Assembly: GCF_009914755.1 (NCBI RefSeq)
Contig: NC_060936.1
DNA length: 64,000 nucleotides
Source of the DNA: the human T2T-CHM13v2.0 reference genome, Homo sapiens
Strand: one strand, 5' to 3'
Made by a program: the position numbers and the translations under genes. How positions within the stretch are numbered: position 1 is the first letter of the stretch; the number at the start of each line of letters is the position of its first letter. The notes below the pieces were generated by a model. It saw only the letters and a list, made by a program, of their open reading frames with translations, ran no database searches and had not been told where the DNA came from. Below, one piece after another: positions 19,208-35,560 of this stretch.

Positions 19208-20351
19208 CCTAACATCTTTTCTAGCTTTTCTCCTTCTTACCCAAGATCAAACCAAGTTCCATGCATGGTGTTTACGGCCAATCTCAGTAATCCAGAGCAG
19301 TCTGTCCCACCTTTCTCTCCCAGCTACCCAATGACTGTAGAAGATGTGAAGTCAGTATTCTCATAAAGTATTCCACAATTTTGTGTCTAACTTATTCTTT
19401 TATCCCCCATATTTCCTGTAAATAGGGAATCCAATGGACTAAATTCAGGTTAGACATTTTTTGCTAGAATATACCACAGGTGATGGTGATAATGTCAGAC
19501 TGCACTACATAAGCACGTAATACAGGCTGATCCATTTTCAGTGAAACTAGCTTTGCCCACCTGGAATAGGTGGAGACTATAAGGTCACTCCATGTTAAAG
19601 TGGTTCTCCTTTTACAATGAGAATTAATCTAAGGATGCTACTTAGACACCCTAGAAATATCCTGTTCCCCAAAAACCTTTCACCTGCTGATCCTTGCTGG
19701 AATTATTTCATTGAGGGTCACAAAATGGTGATCATCTAATTCTATTATTTCTTCTACATATATTAGCCAGCACTCTTCTGCAAAGAGCTTTCTCTCACCA
19801 ACTGGGGAAGAATTAGTTCCTCCTTTAAAAAGGCAAGCTAAATTTCTTTATCAATTTTTAGAGTAATTTGCTGTAAGAGTCTCCTCCAGTGGTGGCAACT
19901 GAGGAAGGTTTCATTTGTATTTATTCAAGGCTGACAACCACAGTCTTTTTCTTGATTCTTGAACTGCCCCAAATTTGGCAGTGCAAGCCCCTTCAAACAG
20001 GCTCCTGAATCTCTTTGACATACCCTCATTAGTCTTTGAGGGTTTCCCCACATTCTGGTACAAAATATTCTTTTAACTAAAAGTTTAAAAGTAACCTACA
20101 AAAAGCCTATTATACAAGTTCTTATATTCTTCATAAAAATAATAATAGTATTAAAATGTCATATCTAATAAAGCAACTAATAAACTTTACTAACAGAGCT
20201 TCTTATTTTGTGAATAAGCACAATGACGCTGTCTAGAAAAACTCCACCCATCAACCATTAGACTGAAGGATGACCTCATATATTATATTGCTGTTAGGCA
20301 CTTTTCAAGACATAAAGATAAAATCCTGCCCTCCACAAAAATGATCTATTG

Positions 20352-20782
<431 letters not shown>

Positions 20783-21238
20783 TTTACATGGATTCAAAAG
20801 CTCAGAGAAGAATTTTACTCCAAGTTAGACTTTGAGTTTGGGTTCAAATATGAATGCCAATGTGTATATCCTTAAGCAGTTTCTCATTATTTTTTTCTCA
20901 AAACAATGTAATCTTCATACTTGCCAAAAATGTTTACCCAGTAGTCGTGGGAGTACACAGAAAATTACCACCTCCTTCCATTCACATTTCAGATTACCAA
21001 GTCACAGATGTGGCTGCAACTAAAACGTAACATAATTTACATGCATCTCCTCAAAGGCCAACATCATTTTGAGATATCACCAGCAAAGACTCCCAAGATG
21101 ATAACAAAAGAGAATAAAGTGAGTGTCCCCCAAAAAGGAGAAAAGAGTAAAGAAATAAGATCCTGGTAGCTTCTCCCCTTCTCAACTCTGACAAAGGTGT
21201 CACAATCCAGCCACACAAATCATGGGACTCAGATTTAC

Positions 21239-21410
21239 CTTGAGAGCACTGGCCTTCACCTGGGGCACACTGACCATCCTCTGCAGATGCTTCAGCAACA
21301 TCTCCTCAGTGAGGTCATTCTCAGGCAGAAAATACTGATAGACATCATACTGCAACCTCCACCTGGAGTCCTGGTCTGTCCCAGCGTCACATGGTGGGGG
21401 ATCTACGCCT
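21239..21410 (-). CDS. TM7SF3: TM7SF3 coding exon 5 (GVDPPPCDAG...VKASALK)
   Basis: 172 nt; acceptor ctttag|A, donor AAG|gtaaat; in ORF 21200..21427. Confidence 0.96.
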
Positions 21411-21574
21411 CTAAAGTCAACCAACAAAATGAAACATCAGTCTCTTGTGGTGCAAGTCCCATCTATAAAAAGGAACCAAGAGCCCTAATTTCAAACACTT
21501 GCAACAATAATTACAATTTAACAGTTCACCTTTTGCAGTGGCAACAATTGGTATTCTGAAGAAAAGTAATGCAC

Positions 21575-21928
21575 TGTTATGGACTGAATGTTTGTGTCTC
21601 CCCAAAATTAATATGCTGAGACCCTCACTCCCAGTGTGATGATATTAGGAGGTGGGACCTTTGGAAGGTAATTAGGTCATGAAGGTGAAGCCCTAATGAA
21701 TCGAATTACTGCCCTCATAAAGGAGATCCCAGAGAGCCCTCTAGCCTTCTTTCTGTCATGTGTGGACACAATGACAACCCAGCAGTCTGTAACCTGGACG
21801 AGAACCTTCACCAGAACTCAACTGTGCTGGCATCCTGATCGTGGACTTCTACCCTCTAGAACCATGAGAAAGAAGTTTATAAGCCACCCAGTCTGTGCTA
21901 CTTTGTTACAGCACCACAAACTAAGACA
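21575..21928 (+). mobile_element. MaLR LTR (MLT1A/MST-like)
   Basis: tgttatggactgaatgtttgtgtctcccc...aaactaagaca. Confidence 0.85.
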
Positions 21929-22743
21929 AACACCAACAGGCAAAGGTGATTACATAACTGGATTCTGATATCAGTCAGGCCTAGAGTAAAATACTACAGC
22001 TCTGGGGAGGCAAAAAAATTTTTTTTAAAAAAAAGCTGGGTGCAGTGGCTTATGCCTGTAATCCCAGCACTTTGGGAGGCTGAAGCAGGAGGATTGCTTG
22101 AGCTAAGAAGTTCAAGACCAGCCAGGGCAACATAGAAAGACCTCATCTTTGATTTAAAAAAAAAAAAAAGAAGAAGAATATAGCAGATTTGTCATTTGTT
22201 AGCAAGTAGGGTAACCTCCATAACCCCTAGGGAAACTTTCTGTAAAATAACAGCAATTGCCCTTCTTCATAAAATTGTTAGGATTAAATGGCAAAGAACA
22301 TAACAACACTCAGCACCACGGACAATGCACAGGAAGCATTCAAGTGTTCTCAAATGTTAGCTATCATTACTATTAAAGCAGAAACTGAGGCACAGCTTTA
22401 ATTAAAACAATGAATCTTTATAAAAATAAAAGGATGTTTCAGGGCTACTGAGTGCTATCTATATTTAAAGTGCTTTATAAAAACCAGGATGTATTTTCAA
22501 GCTCATAATAGACTCACATCTGGCTCTTCAAATAAAAAGAGTTCACAAGAATGAAGTGGGAAAATATTAACTGTAAATGACAGTCCAAATATTAATAGTG
22601 AAGTTTAAATTACATCAATTCCCCCCAAAAATTAACTCAATTTTACTACAGAGAATTAGGGACTTGAGAGAGCTGGTCAAATCTACACAACTGTCGTCAT
22701 GTATATTCTAAAAGCATTTCTCAGACATGGGAGACAGACGTAC

Positions 22744-22864
22744 CTCGCATAGCCTAGGTTTGCTGGGGCAAACTTGATAGTCGTTTCAAAGAAATTATAC
22801 TCCAAGTAAATGTTGGGATCAATATCTAAATCGAACTCCAAATTACAGCCTCCAGGGACAGGAT
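22744..22864 (-). CDS. TM7SF3: TM7SF3 coding exon 4 (DPVPGGCNLEFDLDIDPNIYLEYNFFETTIKFAPANLGYAR)
   Basis: 121 nt; acceptor atccag|AT, donor AG|gtacgt; in ORF 22683..22919. Confidence 0.96.
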
Positions 22865-23061
22865 CTGGATAAGAAATAGGGAAGTTACTAAACAAACAAT
22901 TCCTACATATCCAAATCATACTCAGAAAAACAGAACTCTATCTACTCTTACAAAAACTTCCCAAATAGAAGTTAAATATAAACGTAGAGCTTCTAGTCGT
23001 ATACTATTTCATGAACTGAGGTTAAAGAGGGTAGAGTTAACTGAGGTTCAGGGCCCTAGAG

Positions 23062-23283
23062 CAGGGCAGAGCCAAAATTTTCTGTAAAAGGCCTAATAGT
23101 ATTTTAGGCTTTGTCAGTCTGATGGTCTCTGCAGTAACTACCCACCCCAGTCCTTGTGGCAGGAAAGCAGCCACAGGCAATACGTACAGGAAGAGGCATA
23201 GCTGTGTTTCAGTAAAACTTTATGTACAAAAACAGGCAGCAAGCTGGATCTGGCTCATGGTCTGTAGTTTGCCAACCTTTCCT
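23062..23283 (+). mobile_element. MER58A-like hAT element
   Basis: ttttctgtaaaaggcc...gtttcagtaaaactttat...tgtagtttgccaacc. Confidence 0.75.
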
Positions 23284-23679
23284 CTAGAGTTAAAAAGATC
23301 GGCTATTGGTTGACTACTTCTGGCCAGGTTTGGAATGCAGATACACAGTGTGTATATATGTTTCAATATCATGTTGGAATCTTCCTCCAAATTCTATGCT
23401 CTTCTTTCATACTCTCCTTTTTCTGCACTTATGGATCTTTACCACACCACAAATGGTATGTATGCCAGCTGAAGCTCCTCTGTTCATAATTTTTCTTTGT
23501 ACACTGTCCTTGACGCAAGCCTTAATTAAGTCTATGGTTTCTTATCAGGTAATTAGCCTTTTGTTATAGCTAACATTTCCTATCTTCTACTCCAGTAATC
23601 TTCTGGATTCTCCCTCCTTTCCTAACTAGCGCTCCCTCTCCTTCCCTTTACCCCCAAGCTTTAAGAGTAGTCTAAATTT

Positions 23680-25045
<1,366 letters not shown>

Positions 25046-25116
25046 GTTCTCCTAGTCACTACCTGAGCTTTCAGTCATCGTGCTAATTCTCTTACTATAA
25101 AATATTTCTGATTATA

Positions 25117-25414
<298 letters not shown>

Positions 25415-25527
25415 TTATATAAATTATACTTGCAACAAACAATCTCAATAGGATAATTTTCCTTAAAGTTTCATGAACACATTCCATATTCCAAAGAGTA
25501 AGAGGGAGGAGAAGACAGAAGGGTTAC

Positions 25528-25678
25528 CTCTTTCTGAGTAGGAGAGTAGGATAGCCATATTCTGGACAGGCTGTATGCCTGAAGTCCCCAAGTACCAAGT
25601 GCATGTACTCTGCTCTGGTCTAAGGATGAAAACCAGTCCACTGGCAGTGCCTGTTTCCGAGGAATTGGAAAGGAGAGT
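25528..25678 (-). CDS. TM7SF3: TM7SF3 coding exon 3 (TLLSNSSETGTASGLVFILRPEQSTCTWYLG...YSER-D)
   Basis: 151 nt; acceptor ctgcag|ACT, donor G|gtaacc; translated by hand, continuous frame. Confidence 0.95.
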
Positions 25679-25886
25679 CTGCAGTCCAGAAGAAACATTG
25701 TCATGAATAGGAAGTCGACCAAAACATAAATTACTGAGCTGATCCAGTGTGCATGTCCTATTCCAAATCTTCCCAAAACAAATAGAAAAAAAAAACCTTC
25801 CTTAAATAACCAGGGAATTCTTTTCATCTCTATGTTCACATGCCCACACATATACATGGAAAAAGCATTCTTGAAAAATATACGAT

Positions 25887-26250
25887 TGTCTTAGTTAAGG
25901 CTGCTATAACAAAGTACCACAGGTAAGGTGGTTATAAACAACAGAAATTTATTTTCGCAATTCTAGAGTCTGGTGGTTCATGATAGCGGTGCCAACACAG
26001 TCGGGTTCTGATGAAAGCTGTCTTATAGGCTGAAGACTCCCAACTTCTTGTTGTATCCTCACATGACAGAGAAAGGGCAAGAAACATATCTGGGGTCCCT
26101 TTTATAAGGCCACTAATCCCATTCATGAGGGCTCTAAATGGGGGCCCATGACCTAATCACTTCCCAAAGACTCCACTTCCTAATATAACACACTGAGGAT
26201 GAGTATTTCAACTGTGAATTTTGTGAAGACACAAACATTCTGTCTGTAAA
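25887..26250 (-). mobile_element. MaLR LTR (MLT1A-like)
   Basis: tgtcttagtt...gctgctataacaaagtaccacag...cacaaacattc. Confidence 0.8.
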
Positions 26251-26432
26251 AATAATCTTTGATCAGGAATAGCAGATGCACAGTGAAATTCCCAAGTGTT
26301 TCAATTAATTTGAATTAAGATTTACTATGTCAAATAATGTTTTATCTTAGTTTCTAAGACCACTAGGACAAAAACATGAGACCTGGCCCCAAGGAGTTCA
26401 GTTTTCGAGGTACCTTTTAAATTGTGTTATAA

Positions 26433-26760
<328 letters not shown>

Positions 26761-28181
26761 CATAAAGTATACTTTTAAGTGTTGATATACAGACACCTGT
26801 GAAACCATTACCACAATCAAAATAGCAAATGTATGCATCACCCCAAGTTTCCTTGTGCCCCTTCCTAATCCTTCCTCACACACTTCCTCTCTACCATCCC
26901 CCACTCCCATCTGCTTGGAAAGTTTTTTGAATAATAAAATGCTAAGCTAAAAGGTAACAGACTCAAGAGGTTCTATCAAAGCTAAGGAAATGGGAAGGAA
27001 AAGGTAGCAGAGTAGTTTCAATTTGATAAGCATAAGAAAGAATGACTCAAATATTAATTGATAAATGATCAAGTCAACAGTTTCAAAGAGCCAATTGCCA
27101 TCACGACTCAAAAAAAACAAAAGTGCCACACTTTATTAGGAAGGGCACAGGAAACAGAAGCACTTCTCTTTACACAGACCACTCACTTCCTGAGCCATGT
27201 GCAGTTCTGGCCATCATCTTCTAAGTAATATAACAGTGGGAACTAAAGGCAGTCCAAGAAATAAAATGATAATTAAGGACAACTAAGACCCTTTCTGCAT
27301 AGAAATCAAGGCCCAAGATGCTGCCAGCTAGGTCTGTTTTATCACTGGTGATGCTGACATCTCTTTATCCAAGTTCTGCTTCCTCAGATGTAGAAATAGG
27401 CATCACTACTAATTTGTTGAGCTTTAATGAGAATTAACCATATGGAAACCAAACACAGGGGTTCCTAACTGGGGGCCTGAGAGTCTGAGTTTTTGAAGGG
27501 CCCCATGAAATTTTATATTTATATTTGAGTCCATAGACTTGAGCAGTCTATGGCTCCAGGAGCTTAAGAACCACTGGCCTAGGACATAGCAGGCGTTCAA
27601 CAAATATAAACCCTTATTTCACCCATCCTCTCTCTTTTCCTTCAAATGTTGTCTTGCTGTAATGTCATTAGGAAGAAACACACTGTTTGTCAATTAAAAA
27701 TTGTTTTAATAGATCTAGTTAAAAAAGAGAAGAAGAAAGAACTCATCTATGTGCCATTTTACTAAGTCTCCTATGTAAGAGTCTGAATAGGAAGCTGTCT
27801 TTTGAATTCAGTGCCATAAAAAACTTGGCCTCCCCTGAGGAACTGGCATGCTCCTTCCTTTCTAAGGAAGTTATGAAATTTAACATGCTTTACCTTCTGC
27901 TTTAGCTGCAAAGAACTTGGGCAAATTCGACGTATGTGTGACATCGGTATCTCTTGTAATTAATACTATTTATTCCTTTCCTTTTTTCCTAAGCTGAATT
28001 CTTCCATTTCTAGTCTATTAACTACCCCCCTACACACATACCCCACAACACACACGCACACACGTGCACAACCACATGCACACAATTTCCAAACCTCTAT
28101 GGTAGGGGAAAGAAGGCAGGAATAAAAATACACAAAATAGTAAGAAAGATAGTGTGACCAATGCCTCTAATATTATATATG

Positions 28182-28450
28182 GGCTGGGGCGCAGTGGCTC
28201 ATGCCTGCAATCCCAGCACTTTGGGATGCCCAGACAGGCGGATCACTTGAGGCCAGGAGTTCAAGACCAGCCTGGGCAACAGAGCAAAACCCCATCTCTA
28301 CAAAAAAAAAATGTTAAAAATTAGCCAAGTGTGGTGACATGTGCCTGTAGTTCCAGGATCACTTAAGACCAGGAATTTGAGCCATGATCACACGACCACA
28401 TTCCGGCGTGGGTGATGGAGTGAGATCTTATCTCTAAAAAAAAAAATAAA
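28182..28450 (+). mobile_element. AluJ with internal deletion
   Basis: Dimer lacking part of the right arm. Confidence 0.8.
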
Positions 28451-29237
28451 AATTTTAAAAATTTACATATGAATTAGATTAAGACAGAATTGTTTACCAA
28501 ATTCCAGAATATTATAATATAGGCTTAGGACAAATAAAAAGAAGTATAACTTCATACAAGGTGAAATGCATGTATTGGTCTAGGGCATCATAGAGACTAA
28601 ATGCAGATAGATTGTAAAAGATTATATAAATGGCAGACTCTTCATAGCTTAAACTAACCCAGAGAATTTTAAAAACTTTCTAAGGCTGAGGTTGAGGTTA
28701 AGGGGTTTAGTGATGACATCTATAATAGAGTCCTTAATACTGCTGGAGGCATAGCACAGGGCTGGATGAACTGAGCACTATAATTTTTTTGTTGTTTGCG
28801 TGACAGAGTCCAAAGAATAAAGTTGATATTATAGGGTTCTTGGTAAAGTTCAATACTATAGCTAAACAACAATGAAAACCCATTAAACATATATTCTCAG
28901 GTAAAAGTTATTAAGGCCCCACTAAAGTAAGAAAATGAAAAGGTGGGAATTCACGAAGAAAACTTGCCTGCATAGTGGTGACATTTGTCACAGGGTGCCC
29001 TTCTCCCCAGCTCAGCTCTCCATTACCCCTTTTTAGGTCAGAGACTGCCACACTCAAGAAAGGCCTGAGATACTCTCAGTCACTAACTTGAAAACATCCT
29101 ATCTTGATTTTTTAAAATTTAAGACATAAGATCATAAACATAAAAGAGATAGAGATATCAAATTCTAATGCTCATACTAAATACCAGACCCCCAAAATAT
29201 AGAAATGATTTTTACTAAAATAATTCTTTGCACTTAC

Positions 29238-29392
29238 CGGAGAAAAGGAAACAGTTGTATTCTGATACTGTGAGTGTATTTGGAAAATAAGAAAAGTCAC
29301 ATTGCTTGAAATATCATGCAAAATAGCTTCCTCTGGAAAGGGCCTATTGAGCTCGAAGTATCTAAATTTCCCCACAGAAAATTCAATAAGAC
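29238..29392 (-). CDS. TM7SF3: TM7SF3 coding exon 2 (GLIEFSVGKFRYFELNRP...TTVSFSP)
   Basis: 155 nt; acceptor ttgtag|GT, donor CCG|gtaagt; phase matches exon 1; overlaps ORF 29172..29375. Confidence 0.96.
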
Positions 29393-31806
29393 CTACAACG
29401 AGATAAACTTTTCATTACAACACTTGTACTCTCATATCAATTTGCAGAAATCATATTCATAAATGAATGTGGAATTTAATCCTCAGAAAAACTCCTTGAG
29501 GTAAATATGGTTATTGCTCCTATTTCACTGCTAAAGACAATGTGGCTTAAAAAGTGATGCAGCCCATCCAGGGTCATCCAGCCAGTGAATGGTAGAGCTC
29601 AGAACTAAAATGCAAGAGGTATTTCAAAAGGTATGCTGAAGACAGGCTCCTGGAACCCAGAGAAACTTCCCCTCTGGTAGCAGCAATAACAATGATCTCT
29701 GGAACAGAGTCCCTGAATTTAAAGATGACAATCCTGTGGGGCTACTAACAATCATGAATGTGCTGGTGTTAAAGAACCATAACCGTCTAGTGAATTCTGA
29801 AGTCAGCGTAGCCCGAAGAGACACAGGTGGCTGCAATTTAATACCGGTGTTTACCAGCTGTGTGATTTTAGGCACGTTCCTTAAATCCCCTTAAGCCTCA
29901 ATTTCCTCATCTGTCTAATGGAGACTGCAAAGGAAGGTGAAATCAATACTGACAAAAATGTCCAATGAGCACCCACACCAGGCACTGCACATAAAATTGT
30001 GAACCACAGGCATTCTGGAAAAGAGAGCTTTTGTTTGCTTAAGGATCAAACTGAGTCCATAAAAAAGATAGGTTATAACAAGAACAGTTTTTCAACACCT
30101 CCTCCAGGCCTGTCCCATCTGTCTACTTGCCTCCATGGTCTGCATCTCACTGACTCTGTCCCCACTTCTCTGTGATGTGTTTCTGCCAGCTGCACACCAG
30201 CTCATCTTTTTTCAATCTAACTCTCAAATAATCCTTTAATTAGGTTGCTTTTACTCCTGTGCGGTCCTGGATTCCTACCCCACCCCCCATCCTACAGTCA
30301 GTATCTGTCTGCATGAACAGCAGAAAAGATCCCAAGTTTCACATAAGCAGTCTTGGGGGTTCAATTCTAAACAAACAGACAAAAGATTTAGATTAAATAT
30401 AGATGAAAAGGAATTGATGAAAAAAGATTATAATTCACCCGAGTCCCATAGTGGAACTGTCATGTTTTATTTTAGAAGGTAATTAGAGTCAGTGGGCGGT
30501 AAAACATTTCAGATACTAAATAACTTAATAACACATTCTTATATACCATGTCCCAAAAAGGTCAATTTTCAACACTTTTTTTTTTAATACGAAAGCTCCA
30601 CTGGATGATTTAAAACCAAACAGAACCAAAAAAATCAAGAATGAGTAGCCTGTGGAAGAACAGCCAAAAAAAAGACACAAATAGTGTTAAGACTAGAATA
30701 ATCTTAACCTCTATATATTTTCCCTAAGCTCTGTGATGCTACATTACATTCATAACTTAATGTTTTTTTAAAAAAATGATAGAATAAAACGTTACAATTT
30801 CATTTCTAAAACTCTAGAGAAAATTGTAATAGTTTTAACAATGACAAATGAAGATAGCATATTTCCTATTTATGGTACCAGAAAGACATTTTACATTTTA
30901 AATGGACCAAACTCCAGCTGGAACAGAGGTTAAAATATTAAGGAATGGCCAATAGAATCTGGGTAGGGAAGTCTGGAAAAAGTTTGTGTGCACGTGTTTT
31001 TTCTTTTTAAAAAGAAACAAGAAAAACATGTTTATATTTTCCAGGCCTTCCCATTATCATGATTATTTTATTAGAAAAGCAAATTATACATAAAACTATA
31101 TGGATTTCAGTAAATTACACTAAAAATGTTTCATTTATTGCCCTTCAAGTTTGGTCCCATCCATCATGCATCCTCCAAGTCTTAAAAATTCCCACCCGTA
31201 TTGGCAGTATCAGTCTGCTTTCCTAGAAATTAATCAGATTTCTATCCTTTCACTGTTCACAGCATTCAACTCACTTACTATCCTGCCTTTTCTAGTCTAC
31301 ATCTTCAGTTTTTCCTTTTTGTTCTCATTTTCCCTATTTGGCAATATTTATAAGGTACTCATGGACTAGGCACTCTAGTTGTTGGGCACCATGATCAAAA
31401 CTGACACAAACAAATTCATAAAGGTTATCCAAGGCTTCTGTAATTATCACTTAAATTTGCCCTTTGATATTATTTTAGAAAATGTTCTAATAATCCTCAT
31501 GTCTATCTCCCATGACATGAGCCTTCCATCAGAACAGTATACAGAACCTTTAAAAGCCCTGGAAGAGACTGAAGCCATCAACTAGAGAAGCCTTCATGGT
31601 AAACTTTTCTTAACCTTCCCTTAACCTATCACCCAGGATGAGGATGAATCACAACTCAAAAATACTTGGAGAAACAAAACTTTGGAAAGACAGTACGGAA
31701 ACACAGAACCATGGAAACTAAAATACATTGTTAAACAACTGATGACTTGACAAAATAAGTAGGGGGGTATTAAAAGCAGGTATCTCTTGGAGTATATTTT
31801 AACTGA

Positions 31807-32438
<632 letters not shown>

Positions 32439-33649
32439 AACTCTACATTTTAAATGTTTATAAAATAGGAACACACACTAGAAAAAAAAAGGGACAAAAT
32501 GGGACATTCTCTCAACATTCTGTCACTGTTTTGCTTTCCCTTAAAATGGTAATATTTTTCTAGAAAATATATAATCCTTATAAAAGGTGCTAAATAAACA
32601 GAAAGTCAACTCCTCCAGCAAGTACAATGTACAGAAATCACCACTGCTAACAGTTGGGATATATCTTTTAGGGCTTAGGCAGATATAAGCATGCATATTT
32701 CCGCATAGATGGAAAAAGATATAAATATGTTTGATATTGCCCATTTAACAGGTCTTATATATCTTTCCATAGCAACACAGATAATGCTAGCTTTACCATT
32801 TTAAAAGCTACAGAGTATTCCATTCTGGGTATGTACCATAATTATTCACCCAATCTCCTATTAATGAACATCTAGGCTGTTACCATTATAGCATGAATAA
32901 TAAATTAATAAGAAATAAAATAGTTCTGATTTTGTGGAAGACTATTCCAGAAAGCGTATGTGTCAGGCAATAAATCTATTTGAGAGAGTTTTTGCTGTGA
33001 CAGTGTAACAGATGACCTTTGACCTTAAATGGTTAAACTGTACCTAAAAAGTCTTGTTCTAGTCTAAGATATCCAGAAATAAAAACAAATAGACCATGTG
33101 AGAATACACAATGATTAGGACCAAAAATTAATCTGCAGTCTTTGCTTCTGAATTCTTCTTCAAGAAATATACCTGAATTTCAGGAATAATTACAACTTTC
33201 ATCTGTTATTTCCTGGATTTCCCAAAAGCTACAGGAAAATGATGCCTCATCATCTTCCTTTCCTCAAATGCCTACAGTGCGAACCAGGCAGAAGCCAGGA
33301 AATAAAAGGGAGGGACACTGTATACATTATGTAAAACCTGGTCACTTGACAAAATAGGTAGGGGTATTAAGAGGAAGTATCTCTGGGGGTGTATTTTAAG
33401 TGATTTTTTTTCTTTTCATTACACATTTCTTTATTTCTTAAATTTCTATAGTGACCATAAGGTGTCCTTTTCATAAGAAATTATAATACAGTGATTATAC
33501 ACCCTGGCTATCCATTACAATCATCTGGAGGGGATTAAAAAAAAAACAGAACACTGCTGCCTGGGACCCTCTCCAGATGAGTTAAATCAAAATCCCTGGG
33601 GCTAAGGTCCAGGTATCAATTAAAAAACAAATATCCATTAAATACTATG

Positions 33650-35560
33650 CAGAGAAATACAGAAAGTTTACACACCCATGAATTAACCAGCACCTAAACA
33701 GCATTCTAGCATCTTAGTGGTCCCCCTGTGGCCCCTCCCAATCACATCTTCTTTCCTCCCCAGAGGGAAATAGGGTCCTAAGTTCAAACACTAGGAATTT
33801 ATTTGGACGAATTCAATTGAATAGAATTTACAGCACAATTTTTGTGTGTTTGGCTTCTTTAAAATCAGCATTATGTTTGTGCAATTCATTCCAGCTGCTA
33901 TAGGTAGCTATAACTCATTACCATAATTGTATACTTCATGAAATAACATGCCACAATTATCTGTTCTACTGTTAATAAACATCTGTATTTCTGGTTTAGA
34001 GTTATAAATAACTCTAAACATTTTCTGTGCATGTCTTTTGGTACACGCATATACACATTTTTGTTGGGTGGAACCTGTGAGTAGAATTATCAGGTAATAG
34101 GGTATTCTCATCTTCAGTAGATACTGCCAGTCTTCCAACAATGTTTTGCCAATGTATACCGCATCAACTTACTGTAGGAAAGTGTTCCAATTGCCCAGAA
34201 GTCTCACCAACACCTGGTATCATTCATTTATCTGCTGAGTATATAGTGGTATCTCATTGTGATTTTAATTCGCACTTCCCTAATTACTCATGGGTGTTAA
34301 GAAACCTTTGCTTTGCTTATTTGCTATTTGGATATCCTCTTTGTGAAACAGTCTGTTCGAGTCTTTTACACATATTAAAAATGGAACTGTCCTTCTTCAA
34401 TTTTAGGAGTTTTTAATACATCATAGATATGAGTATTCTGACAGATACGTTGCGAATATATTCTCCCACTCTTGTTGCTTGTCTTTTCACTCTGTTACCT
34501 TTAGATTAACAGTTTTCATTTTAGCAGTCAATTTCAGGTTTTTCCTTTATGATTAGTCCCTTTTGTGTCATTTTAAAGAAATCTTTGTCAACACATACCA
34601 AGATCATGAAGATACATTCCCATGTTAACTTCCAGAAGTTTGTTTTATCTTTCACATTTAGAGCTAAAAATCAAGCTGATGCTGATTTTTACACATGGTG
34701 TAAGATAGAGGTCACAGTTCATTGTTTCATATGTTCATCTACTTGACAGCAACCTTCACTAAAAATACCACCCTGTAGTACCCCATGTTCTCTCACTTAT
34801 AAATGGGAGCTATGTAATGTGTACACATGGGCCTACACTGTGGACTGATAGACATTGAAGACTGAGGAAGGTGGGAGGGGGCCTGAAGATGAGAAATTAC
34901 TTAATGAGTACAATGTACATAATTCCAGTGATGGATACACTAAAAGCCCTGACTTCACTGCACAATATATCCTGTACCTACACTTGTGCTCCATAAGTTT
35001 ATACAAATAAAATAATTTAAAAATACCACCATCTCCCCACCCTACTGCTTTGCAGTTCCACCTTTCACATAAGTCAAGTGAACATATGTGTTTGCTTCTA
35101 GAGTCTCAATTGCATTCTACTGGCTTATTTGTCTAGCTATAGACACCAATCCTAACACAAATATTACAACTCTCTTAACTCCTGCTCCAAATTTGTTCTT
35201 CCTCCTCAAATTTATCTTGACTATTTCTGATCCTTTACATTTCCATATAAGTTTTAGAAATCAGCCTGTCAATATCCACACACACACAAAAAAACCTGCT
35301 GGGATTTTGATTGGGATGGCCCTGAATATATACATTAATTTAGGGAGAAATGATACCTTTAAAATATCTTTATCTTTAGAATTTTGTAATCTATGAATTT
35401 CCGATATTCCTCTATTTCTTTAGTTTCTCAATTTATCTAAAGAATGTTGAGATGTATTATGTTATTTTCTCTGTAGAGGTCTTTACATATCCCATGATTA
35501 TCATCCCAGAATACGTAATGTTTCTTGAGGCTATTTTAAATGTACTTTTTCTTTTCTTTA
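33650..35560 (-). mobile_element. Old L1M 3' region with nested L1 3' fragment (~34773-35018, TSD aaaataccacc)
   Basis: gtggtatctcattgtgattttaatt, ctgggattttgattggga motifs; nested piece has catgttctctcacttataaatgggagcta and an A-rich tail. Confidence 0.7.

Noticed and set aside
28968-29065. Possible cryptic TM7SF3 exon ending in a GC donor (CAG|gcaagt, minus strand)
   Set aside because: The upstream acceptor lacks a pyrimidine tract and nothing else supports it.
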